Sequence record: MW879340.1
Length of the DNA: 40,000 nucleotides
Reading direction: 5' to 3' (one strand)
Source of the DNA: Erwinia phage pEa_SNUABM_48
Shown here: piece by piece, positions 1-9,076 of the stretch
Layout of the letters: every line of letters begins with the position of its first letter
Numbering within the stretch: the stretch's first letter is position 1
Notes under the pieces: model-generated
What the model saw: the letters and a program-made list of their open reading frames with translations, nothing else
What the model was told of the DNA's origin: nothing
The model's database searches: none
Made by a program: the position numbers and the translations under genes

Positions 1-1
1 A

Positions 2-151
2 TCGATTGAGAATAAAGAATATTGTCAGATAGAGATGCGCCGCGCCAGGGAACTCTATCACCACCACAAGGAGTTCATTGACGGACTTCCTCAGTGGATC
101 AAATCACTGGGTAAACGCTTTAACATAAAAGCGATATCCCTGTACCTTTAA
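2..151 (+). CDS. 3' end of a CDS truncated by the window edge (hypothetical)
   Basis: Open frame from base 2 to TAA 149-151 (...FIDGLPQWIKSLGKRFNIKAISLYL*). Confidence 0.55.
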   Translation, partial: SIENKEYCQIEMRRARELYHHHKEFIDGLPQWIKSLGKRFNIKAISLYL

Positions 152-168
152 CTACCAGGACGTGAACC

Positions 169-423
169 ATGGAAAACGCAGACGTTAAGTTGTTGACCTA
201 TTCCGAAGTACTGGAAGGGTTAAAAGCGGGTAAGTCATATGCTCGCGCAGGTTGGAACGGTAAAGGCTTAAGCATCAGCTTAGCTCCTGACGGTGCGGTC
301 GTGATTCACGGCTTCGTACTACAATCGTTCTTCGTCCTGTTTAACACGATCACGATGACTGCTAATACCTGGGTCGCGTCAGTCAGCGATACATTAGCTG
401 AAGACTGGTACGAAGTCGTTTAA
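169..423 (+). CDS. DUF2829-family protein, Tad2-like (candidate Thoeris anti-defence)
   Basis: 84 aa with typical DUF2829 layout: LTYSEVLEGLKAGKSYARAGWNGKG near the N-terminus and W.AS.SDTLAEDWYEV at the C-terminus. Confidence 0.75.
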   Translation: MENADVKLLTYSEVLEGLKAGKSYARAGWNGKGLSISLAPDGAVVIHGFVLQSFFVLFNTITMTANTWVASVSDTLAEDWYEVV

Positions 424-448
424 TCAACCAACACCAGGAGACGTTTCT

Positions 449-1033
449 ATGGCGACCATCAATTACGATGCGATTGCGCAAGAACTCAAACGCGGCTTAG
501 TTAAGCCAGATAGTAACGTTGCGATGTGCTTAGGTCCGAATAAAGAGACCGTGTTGAGAGAGTTGTTTACCTTAGGTATGGGCGGTCCACGTCAAACCGG
601 TAAAACCAAATGGATGATCGAAAGCCTTATTCGTGACCCGAACTCTCGCTTGATTGCACTCAACACAACCATGCGTGAAGCTATCATTACTCAGCTATCA
701 GCTTATTCGTCGTTGGATCAAAACCGTGAAGGTGATAAACCACGGCCGGATGCTATTTGGCATTGCGGTGGTATCGGTTGGGTTCCGATTCACGAAGAAG
801 CGGCTGAGCTGATTCGCAACAACCCTGATGTTGTTGAACAAGCAAAGTGTCGGATCGTTACAGCACACACCCTGCGTGACCTGATTAATAAAGACAAAGC
901 ATTCCCAATCGGGATTAGTCAGATCTTCGTTGATCAGCGTGTACAAGTGTGTAGCTTGATCCGACTTGCTAAATACTATACGTGGTTAGCCAAACAATCA
1001 GATGAATATGCTCTGACCTGGCTGATCGACTAA
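449..1033 (+). CDS. P-loop NTPase-like protein
   Basis: Walker A GPRQTGKT; hydrophobic-D stretch ISQIFVDQ as a possible Walker B; RBS agGAGacgttt upstream. Confidence 0.65.
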   Translation: MATINYDAIAQELKRGLVKPDSNVAMCLGPNKETVLRELFTLGMGGPRQTGKTKWMIESLIRDPNSRLIALNTTMREAIITQLSAYSSLDQNREGDKPRPDAIWHCGGIGWVPIHEEAAELIRNNPDVVEQAKCRIVTAHTLRDLINKDKAFPIGISQIFVDQRVQVCSLIRLAKYYTWLAKQSDEYALTWLID

Positions 1034-1041
1034 AAGAATTC

Positions 1042-1127
1042 GGTAGGGTGGGTGAGTGGTTAAAACCAGGAGACTGTAAATCTCCCGCCTTCGGGCTTCG
1101 TGTGTTCGAAACACACCCCTACCACCA
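1042..1127 (+). tRNA. tRNA-Tyr (anticodon GTA), class II with long variable arm, encoded CCA
   Basis: Acceptor GGTAGGG/CCCTACC (1042-1048/1117-1123), anticodon stem GGAGA-CTGTAAA-TCTCC, T arm GTGTG-TTCGAAA-CACAC, 3' ACCA. Confidence 0.95.
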
Positions 1128-1146
1128 ATTTGCAGGGTAAAGGCAC

Positions 1147-1257
1147 GAGCCTGGCTGATAACCAGCTCGCAGCGATAGTAGCTAAGACCTACGGCACGCC
1201 GGTAAGTCCGTAGCAGCCGAACACACAAAAGACTACTGCTCATCCGGTAGGTGTTCG
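1147..1257 (+). ncRNA. Run of three hairpins downstream of tRNA-Tyr; possible structured RNA
   Basis: CGAG(c)CTGG-CTGATAA-CCAGCTCG (1147-1170); CTACGG/CCGTAG (1190-1213); CGAACAC/GTGTTCG (1218-1257) enclosing CTAC/GTAG. No convincing ORF. Confidence 0.35.
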
Positions 1258-1391
1258 ATCGTTGAAACATTATTCGATACGATAAGGCCTACACAGCCAA
1301 CTCTAAAACCAAATTGACCCTGCGGCCGCCACCTAATATACACGTAGCCATTGAGCGAAGACGTGATGGTGTTTGAGCGGTGGGGATCATA

Positions 1392-1412
1392 GATCCGGGT
1401 ACGTCCCGGATC
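1392..1412. other. Perfect 8-bp stem-loop, GATCCGGG-TACGT-CCCGGATC
   Basis: Read directly; not followed by a T-tract. Confidence 0.5.
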
Positions 1413-1486
1413 GACCTTATTAAGTTAATCGGTTCTTGCGTTATCCTCACATCCAGCTGAAGGCTTTCAGCATCGTGGAGATAAAC

Positions 1487-1789
1487 ATGAACATTTATAA
1501 AGTGGAACGCATTGGTCCGGCCGACTGGGACGAGTTTCGGGGGATGGTTGTAAGTGCAGCGTCTGAGGATGCGGCCAGGCTATTACATCCCGCACTCTAC
1601 TGGCGTCTGTCGGATGGCGAAGTGTTGGATTGCATTAAGGAGTCACCGGAAGAATTTGAGTGGGAATCAAAGCGGTATCAACCGGCTTGGGTTCTACTCA
1701 AGGATGTCCATACTCTGCGCGTTACCCTAGTGGGAACATCACATACGCCTTCTACTACTGTGGTCCTTGCGGATTACAAATCCGGTTAA
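1487..1789 (+). CDS. hypothetical protein (100 aa)
   Basis: ATG at 1487 after GTGGAG; ORF track begins at 1436 without a better RBS. Confidence 0.7.
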   Translation: MNIYKVERIGPADWDEFRGMVVSAASEDAARLLHPALYWRLSDGEVLDCIKESPEEFEWESKRYQPAWVLLKDVHTLRVTLVGTSHTPSTTVVLADYKSG

Positions 1790-1934
1790 CTTAACGCCCG
1801 GGTAAGCCTGGGCACCTATTCTTATTTGGAGCTTTGGGTGGCTGCGAATTTCAACTTAGTCACAACAATCGCGATGATGGACTTTACGATACGCGGTTTC
1901 ACCCAGAGCTTCAATACCAATTTAAGGAGACGTC

Positions 1935-2213
1935 ATGTTATTCAAACAACCTGATCCGGTTATTACTGATGCCCTTAGATTCCATGGGCTGAAGCAGTCC
2001 AAACTCTTCATGTGGTATAAAACCCGTGAAGTCGACCCACTGGTGCTCACACTGCGTTCAATGGCGCCTTGTTACGCACCAGAAAAGAATTCGTTACCTG
2101 CTTATTTGGCTACCGCTAAATCAATCAGTCTGCGATATATCCCGCGTCTGGAAGTTACCGCGCACGGCGATACATTGCATAAAGCAATGCGTGCAACTCA
2201 CGCACTGCATTAA
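1935..2213 (+). CDS. hypothetical protein
   Basis: RBS AAGGAG upstream of ATG; 92 aa. Confidence 0.7.
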   Translation: MLFKQPDPVITDALRFHGLKQSKLFMWYKTREVDPLVLTLRSMAPCYAPEKNSLPAYLATAKSISLRYIPRLEVTAHGDTLHKAMRATHALH

Positions 2214-2807
2214 AACGAATCGTCCAGATAGTTTAATGAGAACGTCGTCCCGGAATACCCGTAAACTTACTACGGGTGGTGTGGACGGAAGTGGATGAGG
2301 TTTGAGCCCTCCCTCTGGACACCTATTACCAATGGCCGCATTCGCCTAAAGTCATGGCTTACAGAAAGACGCTGAGTCGACGCAGCTATCAGCTTCCTGT
2401 AGATTGTCTCAGCTAAAATGATGCTGGACATTGCGGGGTTAGATTCCCTGTATGCAGTCTGCCACATTAAGGATCAAATTATGTCGTCAACTGAATTGAT
2501 CTAAGTCGTATTGCCTGACGAGTCGCCGACTTAAAAAGCGACGAAACATGGAGCATGGCCCTTGGAGCACTACAAGGGCAGGTACATTGACTCACCATCT
2601 TTGTGCTCGCTAGGCATGTTCCTTGTAGCAACGTTGTATTCATTGACCACGGTGTCTCGAGCTAACGTAGCCTTCTGGCCATTTGATCTTCCACCCGGAT
2701 TCGTCGAATGTTCAGCGGGATGCGGTAATTTGTCCGGTTGCCCGTATCAACATCGCAGGGGTGCGGTGGCGGTTCTTGTTCTTGTGTTGAGTAGATGTAG
2801 CGGCTAA

Positions 2808-2833
2808 GCCCCGGGGGTAACACCTCGGGGTTT
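2808..2833 (+). terminator. Intrinsic terminator-like hairpin
   Basis: CCCCG-g-GGT...ACC-CGGGG then TTT. Confidence 0.6.
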
Positions 2834-2876
2834 ATGCCGATTAAATCGAATCTATTGAATTGCAGATCATTTCACA

Positions 2877-2893
2877 TCTACATTACCGATGTG
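2877..2893 (+). promoter_or_regulatory. Putative phiKZ-type early promoter motif
   Basis: TCTACATTAC-CGAT-GTG; preceded by TTGCAGAT..TTTCA at 2860. Confidence 0.6.
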
Positions 2894-2937
2894 ATGTGTG
2901 TAAAGAAATTAACCCTTAACCTGTCTGGAGTATCATC

Positions 2938-3612
2938 ATGTCTTTAAGCAAGAAATCCCTGAAGCGTCGTAACTATGCTTCCAAAGCTACTCATCTGTTG
3001 ATCCTGTCCGCCGCGCGTCGTATGAATGAAACAGCTTCCGAGTACAACGCAACATTCCAACAGCGAATGAGCAGTAAGCACCACCCAGAGCAAGTCTATC
3101 GCGACGCTGTCAAGTTGGTTACCACAGAACTGTGGATGAGGTATAGAAAGGCTCGCACGACTTTCTTTAACCTCCGTCGTAAACATGGCGTCGAGTTCAC
3201 CAACCGTATCCTGCGCAACATGGATACGAGACCAGCTCGTAATGCAGTATTGCGAGAGCTGCTGGATCCTAAACCAGGTCTGGTACGTAAACAAATTTGC
3301 GGTACAGCCAAGCGATTCACAGGTCGTGCTGTATTGCCAGAAACTGTTGACGCGGCTAAAGTCGGTGAAATGGACTTTGAACAAGCAACTATCCTGTTTA
3401 AACGCCAGCTCGTTGAGGAACTGGTGAAGAGTCACGGTATTGTTGTTGGCAATGCAGTAAACATGGTAGAGGACTATGGTAACAACAAAGACCTGTTATT
3501 GAAAGTCCTGAACGAACTGATCGAAAAAGAAGAACTAAAATTTTACTTTGCTCGCCACAAAGTACTCCCGTCCGATACACCGTTTAATGTCACCAAAATC
3601 ACTGATATTTAA
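2938..3612 (+). CDS. hypothetical protein (224 aa, basic N-terminus)
   Basis: ACCTGTCTGGAG leader/RBS; downstream of an early-promoter-like motif. Confidence 0.85.
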   Translation: MSLSKKSLKRRNYASKATHLLILSAARRMNETASEYNATFQQRMSSKHHPEQVYRDAVKLVTTELWMRYRKARTTFFNLRRKHGVEFTNRILRNMDTRPARNAVLRELLDPKPGLVRKQICGTAKRFTGRAVLPETVDAAKVGEMDFEQATILFKRQLVEELVKSHGIVVGNAVNMVEDYGNNKDLLLKVLNELIEKEELKFYFARHKVLPSDTPFNVTKITDI

Positions 3613-3640
3613 TCTAACCCATAACTCGTAAGGTAATACC

Positions 3641-4579
3641 ATGAAAAAGATCTATTGCGTTAAACTGATGAACACCCACGGCACCTCCGGCATTCAAGAG
3701 CGTGATTATTTCCTGTTGCGCTTCAAAGATAAAGAACACGATCTGCTCACACTCATTAAAGAAGCCTTGACCGGTTTCTGTGTGTATCAGTCTATTGAGT
3801 CACCGCTCAAACCAAGCAGTCTGGTAAAGGTTGAGCCAGGTAACTACTACACTGTACAGACTGCTTCCGCGTTAGCAGGTAAAACCGTTGCAATCGAAAT
3901 CCCGCAGGCCGATATGCTGTCGGTCAACGTTTGCTTCACTAAGCACCTGGACGGCTCTGGTCTGTTTGACTTGATCAGTCTGGTCGACGAAGCATATCTG
4001 TATCAGCTGCTGTCGGCTGAAGTGTGTGTTCCTGGTGATGCACTGGCTGAAGGCAATGACCAGTTCATGACCGTTGATCCAAACCCTGAACTGCGTAAGA
4101 ATCTGCCGGTACCTTTACCACAACAGCCTTACCAATATCCGGGTTACACGGCACCACAGGAATCGTTGTATCAAACGCCGAGCAAATACCCGACTCCGAT
4201 GTTCTCTCCTAACCCAATGGGCATGGGTGAACCGAGCGGTCATCCATATCCGGTAGGTAAGGCGATGATGGACGACCAGCCGCAGGTAGCTGAAATGATG
4301 TCTTCGAAAACTCCGGTAGAACTGGATGAAAAAGAACGTCTGATCCCGCTGGCCGACTTCCTCGACAAGTTCAGTGAAGAGCTGCACGCCGAGTTAGTTA
4401 ACAACGGATACAGTAAAGCCCGTGCGACTAATCAACTCAACCGCCTCAATGTGGAGTTCCCTACTGTTAAACGTGCCGCTGATAAAGTGATTCGTTCATC
4501 AGGCCTGGCGACTACCGTAGAGATCGACGGCAAGCCGGTTGGTATCCCTTACATTGCGGTTGATTTTAACCAGATGTAA
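3641..4579 (+). CDS. hypothetical protein (312 aa) with Pro/Gln/Tyr-rich central linker
   Basis: Long ORF; linker ...PVPLPQQPYQYPGYTAPQESLYQTPSKYPTPMFSPNP... Confidence 0.85.
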   Translation: MKKIYCVKLMNTHGTSGIQERDYFLLRFKDKEHDLLTLIKEALTGFCVYQSIESPLKPSSLVKVEPGNYYTVQTASALAGKTVAIEIPQADMLSVNVCFTKHLDGSGLFDLISLVDEAYLYQLLSAEVCVPGDALAEGNDQFMTVDPNPELRKNLPVPLPQQPYQYPGYTAPQESLYQTPSKYPTPMFSPNPMGMGEPSGHPYPVGKAMMDDQPQVAEMMSSKTPVELDEKERLIPLADFLDKFSEELHAELVNNGYSKARATNQLNRLNVEFPTVKRAADKVIRSSGLATTVEIDGKPVGIPYIAVDFNQM

Positions 4580-4640
4580 TCCTTAACTTAAATGGCCATA
4601 TGTCATGGCTATCTACGCGTTAAACAACAGGAGCTAGACC

Positions 4641-5231
4641 ATGACATGTGTGGTATCTAATAACGAGCACCAAGAACAAGTAGAAACAGCAATCCAGCGT
4701 CTTGCTGCAAAGCTCAGCCTGGAACTGAATCTTAACAAACCTGAGTATGAGGCAATCATGGAATCGAAAGAAGCTTTCGCTCGCATCCGCCAACTACTGA
4801 TGGCAGTTTGTGAGCTGTACCAATTGAAAGAACAGCTGTGGGATGAAGTTTCAAGTCTGGGTGATGTGGTTACTGCGGAAGCGCACAAGATTCTGGATAC
4901 CCGCCACAAACCGATCAATGAAACCATTTACCAACGCTTCACGGAGATTAACTACTTGACGCAGTATCTGCGTGGCGAGCAGTTAGCACTCGTAAATGGC
5001 TACGTTGACCAGATTCGCCCTTACCTCGATAAGTGCGTCCCGCGTGTTAATGTGCCGAAACTCTTACCGGTAGGTAAACATGAAGACGCACAACAATGGT
5101 ACCAGCCTCAACAACCAAACCTTTCAGCAATTGTTGAAGCAGCAGCTGACGACGTCATCGCTGTCACCGAAGCAAACTGGGAAGTCGGAGAGCACGAAGA
5201 ACGTCGAACGCGTGCTCCAAAGTTTGCTTAA
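4641..5231 (+). CDS. hypothetical protein
   Basis: RBS CAGGAG before ATG; 196 aa. Confidence 0.8.
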   Translation: MTCVVSNNEHQEQVETAIQRLAAKLSLELNLNKPEYEAIMESKEAFARIRQLLMAVCELYQLKEQLWDEVSSLGDVVTAEAHKILDTRHKPINETIYQRFTEINYLTQYLRGEQLALVNGYVDQIRPYLDKCVPRVNVPKLLPVGKHEDAQQWYQPQQPNLSAIVEAAADDVIAVTEANWEVGEHEERRTRAPKFA

Positions 5232-5258
5232 CCAACGCACTTATTAATGAGGTAATTT

Positions 5259-5546
5259 ATGTTCAATACAGAACGTGCGATTCAGAACATGCGTAACATG
5301 GTGGGCAGCTACGCACTCAACAAAGCCCACTTGAAGATCGATAACTTCTGTCGTGTCTATTATGGTACGTACAGTAAAAACCTGCACGGCTTGGAAGAGC
5401 CGTACTACATTCTGGCAGGCACTATTCTGCCGGACCTTAACACAGGACGCCTGACCCTGATCCGCGATCTTACCGTCAAGGATGAAATTTGGGATGAAGT
5501 AAAAGAAACCATTGACGACATGCTGGCTGTTAAAGAAGTCGCCTAA
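5259..5546 (+). CDS. hypothetical protein
   Basis: RBS TGAGGT before ATG; 95 aa. Confidence 0.75.
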   Translation: MFNTERAIQNMRNMVGSYALNKAHLKIDNFCRVYYGTYSKNLHGLEEPYYILAGTILPDLNTGRLTLIRDLTVKDEIWDEVKETIDDMLAVKEVA

Positions 5547-5579
5547 CCTGTGTTTAACTTGACATGTGAGATCTAACTT

Positions 5580-6002
5580 ATGAACAATAAAGTAACCGTG
5601 GCTGTTGGATATAACCCTAACACTAACCGCTTCTGGGTAGCCAGTAAAATCATCGAGTTGGTGAAGGCCGGAACTGCCGATATTTACATCATCAATTCCG
5701 ATCAGAAGATCGCCGGTGATGTATTAGAGACCGTGCGCGAAATGGTTAAAGACGATGCTGATTACCAGCGTCACGTCCACATGCACAATATCCAGATTCA
5801 TCCAATGAACCCGGAAGACATCGACGAACTTGACGATGTTGTTAAAACGGGCCCTGGGGCGATTCTGGTAAACAGCGTATTCTCATTACCGCTGCGTGCA
5901 TTGACCGCATTGCGTAAACACGACATGCCGGTATTTATTGGCGCGGCACCGTCCCAGTTGACGGGCGTTGATAACGAGGACATTGACTATCGTTATCTGT
6001 AA
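5580..6002 (+). CDS. hypothetical protein
   Basis: 140 aa; ACATGTGAGA leader motif upstream. Confidence 0.8.
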   Translation: MNNKVTVAVGYNPNTNRFWVASKIIELVKAGTADIYIINSDQKIAGDVLETVREMVKDDADYQRHVHMHNIQIHPMNPEDIDELDDVVKTGPGAILVNSVFSLPLRALTALRKHDMPVFIGAAPSQLTGVDNEDIDYRYL

Positions 6003-6009
6003 TTGAGCT

Positions 6010-6038
6010 GGCTCCTACGGGAGCCACTTTATTTTTTG
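6010..6038 (+). terminator. Intrinsic terminator
   Basis: GGCTCC-tacg-GGAGCC then ctttattttttg. Confidence 0.75.
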
Positions 6039-6050
6039 ACGGGGATAGAC

Positions 6051-6350
6051 ATGACAGACGTATTGAGCACACCACACATCTTTAAAGGTAAATACATCGC
6101 AATTACCGGGGTATTCGAACTGTATACCCGTTATGAGCTCCAGCGTGCTATTAAGCAGTTGGGTGGCCGTGTTGCGACTGTCATTGATAAACGTATCTCT
6201 TTCTTATTAGCCGGCGATGACCCAGGTCGTCGCTTAGTCGAAGCACAGCGCTTCGGCATCCGCATTGTTCGTGAAGACGAACTCATTCACCTGTTGGGGT
6301 TAAAAGGCCATGTTTCGGAAATTAAGACGCCTGATCGACAAGACCCATGA
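6051..6350 (+). CDS. BRCT-domain protein
   Basis: FKGKYIAITGVFELYTRYELQRAIKQLGGRVATVIDKRISFLLAGDDPGRRLVEAQRFGIRIVREDELIHLL matches the DNA-ligase-type BRCT pattern; ATG at 6051 follows the terminator. Confidence 0.85.
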   Translation: MTDVLSTPHIFKGKYIAITGVFELYTRYELQRAIKQLGGRVATVIDKRISFLLAGDDPGRRLVEAQRFGIRIVREDELIHLLGLKGHVSEIKTPDRQDP

Positions 6351-6807
6351 GATCGAACTTTGCTTGACAACACTTCAGTCATGCGATGTGCACAAAGATC
6401 TTCCGCTGCTGGTTATTGAAGACACATCAGCATACATTGCAAAACCAAAAGGCACGGCCCTACCCGCCATTGATTTTGTAATGGAAGATTATTACGCCCT
6501 CATCACCAAGTATGCGGGTCTGTTTGTTAAACACCACTGCAACGTGATTGACATCACCACACGTGAACCTGATCGCTACGATCAAATGCGTGATGTGACA
6601 ATTGCTCGCGGTGTGCAGTTCTGGCACGATGACCATAAACAGTATATCTACTGGAGTTGGATTCATCCTGATAAGAAGTATAAGAGTTTCGCCGGAACCT
6701 TGTTTGATGCATTAGCGCGTCAGGGTTTCGATCACCGCACTGTAGATAACTTCCGTGTTGATTATCGCGCGGGGCGTATTTATCAACGCAACTTACCATT
6801 AAAGTAA
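6310..6807 (+). CDS. hypothetical protein
   Basis: 165 aa ORF, overlaps the preceding gene's 3' end. Confidence 0.75.
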   Translation: MFRKLRRLIDKTHEIELCLTTLQSCDVHKDLPLLVIEDTSAYIAKPKGTALPAIDFVMEDYYALITKYAGLFVKHHCNVIDITTREPDRYDQMRDVTIARGVQFWHDDHKQYIYWSWIHPDKKYKSFAGTLFDALARQGFDHRTVDNFRVDYRAGRIYQRNLPLK

Positions 6808-6820
6808 AAAGGAATAGTAG

Positions 6821-7405
6821 ATGACTTCACGTAACGCAAAGCCTCAGTCCTGGGATTTCAAAACTGCCACCATTGGCGACCTCACTCTGGAACTGAAGAT
6901 CCCACAGGACCCAACCCTGTCTAATGATAAGGGTGAAGTCGATTTACCGATTGGTCGTATTCGTGGTAAGGGCGGTATTCACATCGTCGGTAACCTGTCA
7001 CTGCCGGTTGCTGACTTCTCTAATCTGATTACCGAAGGCTATCGTCATCTGGTGCTGGGTAAAACTCTTTCAGACGACGTTGTGCGCAGTGACGCGATCG
7101 AAGCCGTTGTCGATGCCATGAAATGGCTGAACTATAACGGCGCTTCGCAGCTCATCAGTCAGCTGAACGACGCCGGCCAGTTTGAGTATGCCGGCAACAT
7201 GGTAACCTACCAACGTCAGGTGTCCGGTTCTAAAGTAGTTACGTCCTACAACACACAGACCCTGGCCACCGAAGACGGCACGCTGCGTCAAGGGACCTGG
7301 ACCCTGCTGGAATCCAACACCGCCGATGTGCGTATTCCGCTGGAAGAGTACAACAACTACGCTTGCGCGTTGGCCGGTGAAGACGTCGAAACTGCTAAGG
7401 GGTAA
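6821..7405 (+). CDS. hypothetical protein
   Basis: 194 aa, RBS-like GGAA upstream. Confidence 0.8.
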   Translation: MTSRNAKPQSWDFKTATIGDLTLELKIPQDPTLSNDKGEVDLPIGRIRGKGGIHIVGNLSLPVADFSNLITEGYRHLVLGKTLSDDVVRSDAIEAVVDAMKWLNYNGASQLISQLNDAGQFEYAGNMVTYQRQVSGSKVVTSYNTQTLATEDGTLRQGTWTLLESNTADVRIPLEEYNNYACALAGEDVETAKG

Positions 7406-7407
7406 TC

Positions 7408-8079
7408 ATGTCGATTCTCGACGAGGTTATACCGGACGACGATCAACAATCTAGCACAACAACCTTTATTGACGGTGCACAGGTATTCACCCCACGCACT
7501 GTATCAAAGGTTGTACTGGGTGAGTTGATGGTCAACACCACGACTACACCGAAAGCGGAGACTGTCCACTATTCAGTCGGTAATGTTAACGGTACCGTTT
7601 ACCACATGTTCCATGCTCCAGTGGGAATGCCTGTGGTGGATGTCCTGGCGATGGCGTACCGTAATGTGTTCATGTGGATTCGTCCTCAAGGGCCAAACGG
7701 TATTTACTACGAGCCGCATAAAGACCATCAGTTAATCATGGAACACCTCAACCGTGTCATTCATGATCTGGTCGGTAATGCGGTTTCTGCCAAGATGACG
7801 GAAGAATACTTTGAAGAACGTTCGCTGGCCATTACACCCGGCGAAAAAGACCCAAGTGTTTACCGCATCACTCGCACATACAACCGTGCCTATGATCGCC
7901 TGACAACGATTATCATGGAGTTACCAGGTTCGTATGGATCGTTATCTGCTGACGAATTGTTCGAAGAAGGATTAACATCAACGTTACAGGTAACCCCTGC
8001 ATGGCTTGACCCAGGTGATTTCATGCCTGGTGTCTGGACGCCTGATCCAAACGCTGACAACAACGTAGAACCGGCATAA
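7408..8079 (+). CDS. hypothetical protein
   Basis: 223 aa, starts 3 nt after the previous gene. Confidence 0.85.
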   Translation: MSILDEVIPDDDQQSSTTTFIDGAQVFTPRTVSKVVLGELMVNTTTTPKAETVHYSVGNVNGTVYHMFHAPVGMPVVDVLAMAYRNVFMWIRPQGPNGIYYEPHKDHQLIMEHLNRVIHDLVGNAVSAKMTEEYFEERSLAITPGEKDPSVYRITRTYNRAYDRLTTIIMELPGSYGSLSADELFEEGLTSTLQVTPAWLDPGDFMPGVWTPDPNADNNVEPA

Positions 8080-8084
8080 AACAA

Positions 8085-8142
8085 GGTGCACTCCTCTCCT
8101 ACGGGAGAGGGTGCATCCTTTATGCTGATCTTTTTTTTTTTT
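8085..8142 (+). terminator. Terminator at a convergent junction, probably bidirectional
   Basis: TGCAC(T)CCTCTCC-tacg-GGAGAGG-GTGCA; T12 at 8131-8142. Confidence 0.8.
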
Positions 8143-8989
8143 AACGTTTCGGCGTGGCACGACGAATTGCACGGTAACGACCGAGGCGGTTGTTATATGC
8201 GGCCACACGCTGCCAGCGTTCACGCAGGTAGTCTTTGTAGTTCTGAGCGGCGTCAGCGTATTCCATGATGATCTCACGGAATGCACCTAACTCGATACCG
8301 CCCTGTAACTGACCCTGATCCAGTTTAACGCGCAGCTCTTTATAGATGAAAGCTTTGCACGCGAACATGGCAAGTTCAGAGAACTGAGGCCAGGAGTTGT
8401 TCTTGATGTTGTTCAACTCCGCATCGTTACTCAGACGACAACGCAGCGTCAATTGCTGTGTCATAATCTGGGTTTCGTAGATAGCGATGGTGTTGAAGCC
8501 AACCAGTTCACAGTTGACCAACTGAATCTCTACAGCCGGTGCATAGGACTGCAACATGGACGTGGTCATCATTCCCACAGCACTCTGCTGGGAGTTCTGG
8601 TTCAGTGAACCGGTGTACGTACCAACCCCAGCTGCGGGTGATCCGTACAACGCATCAGGATAGCCGTACATCACAGACAGGATTTCTGTAATACGCAACC
8701 CACGGGTCTTTTGCTGGTTCACCCGGAACACGGTAGTGTAGTTATCCGGCTTCCAGAATTCGGTGTCGTATAAAGGAATGATTACTTCCTCACCACCAAA
8801 CAGGTCACAGTCCTTCAACACCTTAGCGTCAAATACTTTGTTACGGATAACATCGTTCAACGATGTATTGTACACTTGCCGAGTGCCGGTGGAACTGTAG
8901 AGCTGACGATCACCTAAGAAAGCCGCACGGAGAATCTCAATGGGGATATCATAGAGGATGTCAGCGATGGCATTGTCTATAGCGCTCAT
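8141..8989 (-). CDS. hypothetical protein (282 aa), possibly virion-associated
   Basis: Long minus-strand ORF between convergent terminator and divergent PhuZ gene; RBS AAGGAG. Confidence 0.85.
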   Translation of the reverse strand: MSAIDNAIADILYDIPIEILRAAFLGDRQLYSSTGTRQVYNTSLNDVIRNKVFDAKVLKDCDLFGGEEVIIPLYDTEFWKPDNYTTVFRVNQQKTRGLRITEILSVMYGYPDALYGSPAAGVGTYTGSLNQNSQQSAVGMMTTSMLQSYAPAVEIQLVNCELVGFNTIAIYETQIMTQQLTLRCRLSNDAELNNIKNNSWPQFSELAMFACKAFIYKELRVKLDQGQLQGGIELGAFREIIMEYADAAQNYKDYLRERWQRVAAYNNRLGRYRAIRRATPKR

Positions 8990-9019
8990 CGGTACTCCTT
9001 AGTAAAGCATTACAATGAC

Positions 9020-9034
9020 AACAATATATATGTT
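9020..9034. promoter_or_regulatory. AT-rich near-palindrome between divergent genes
   Basis: AACA-ATATATA-TGTT. Confidence 0.35.
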
Positions 9035-9076
9035 AGAACCAAAGCCTATCATAGAAATTAATCAGGAGTTTGAATT

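Noticed and set aside
1141-1260. Second tRNA (CTGATAA anticodon-like loop, Ile?)
   Set aside because: No matching acceptor stem, T arm or CCA; anticodon stem contains a bulge.
2026-2298. 90-aa ORF overlapping the 1935-2213 gene
   Set aside because: Out of frame with a gene that has a good RBS; no RBS of its own.
2562-2807. 81-aa ORF in the gene-poor region
   Set aside because: TTG start and no clear RBS; kept only as an uncertain possibility within the non-coding-region finding.
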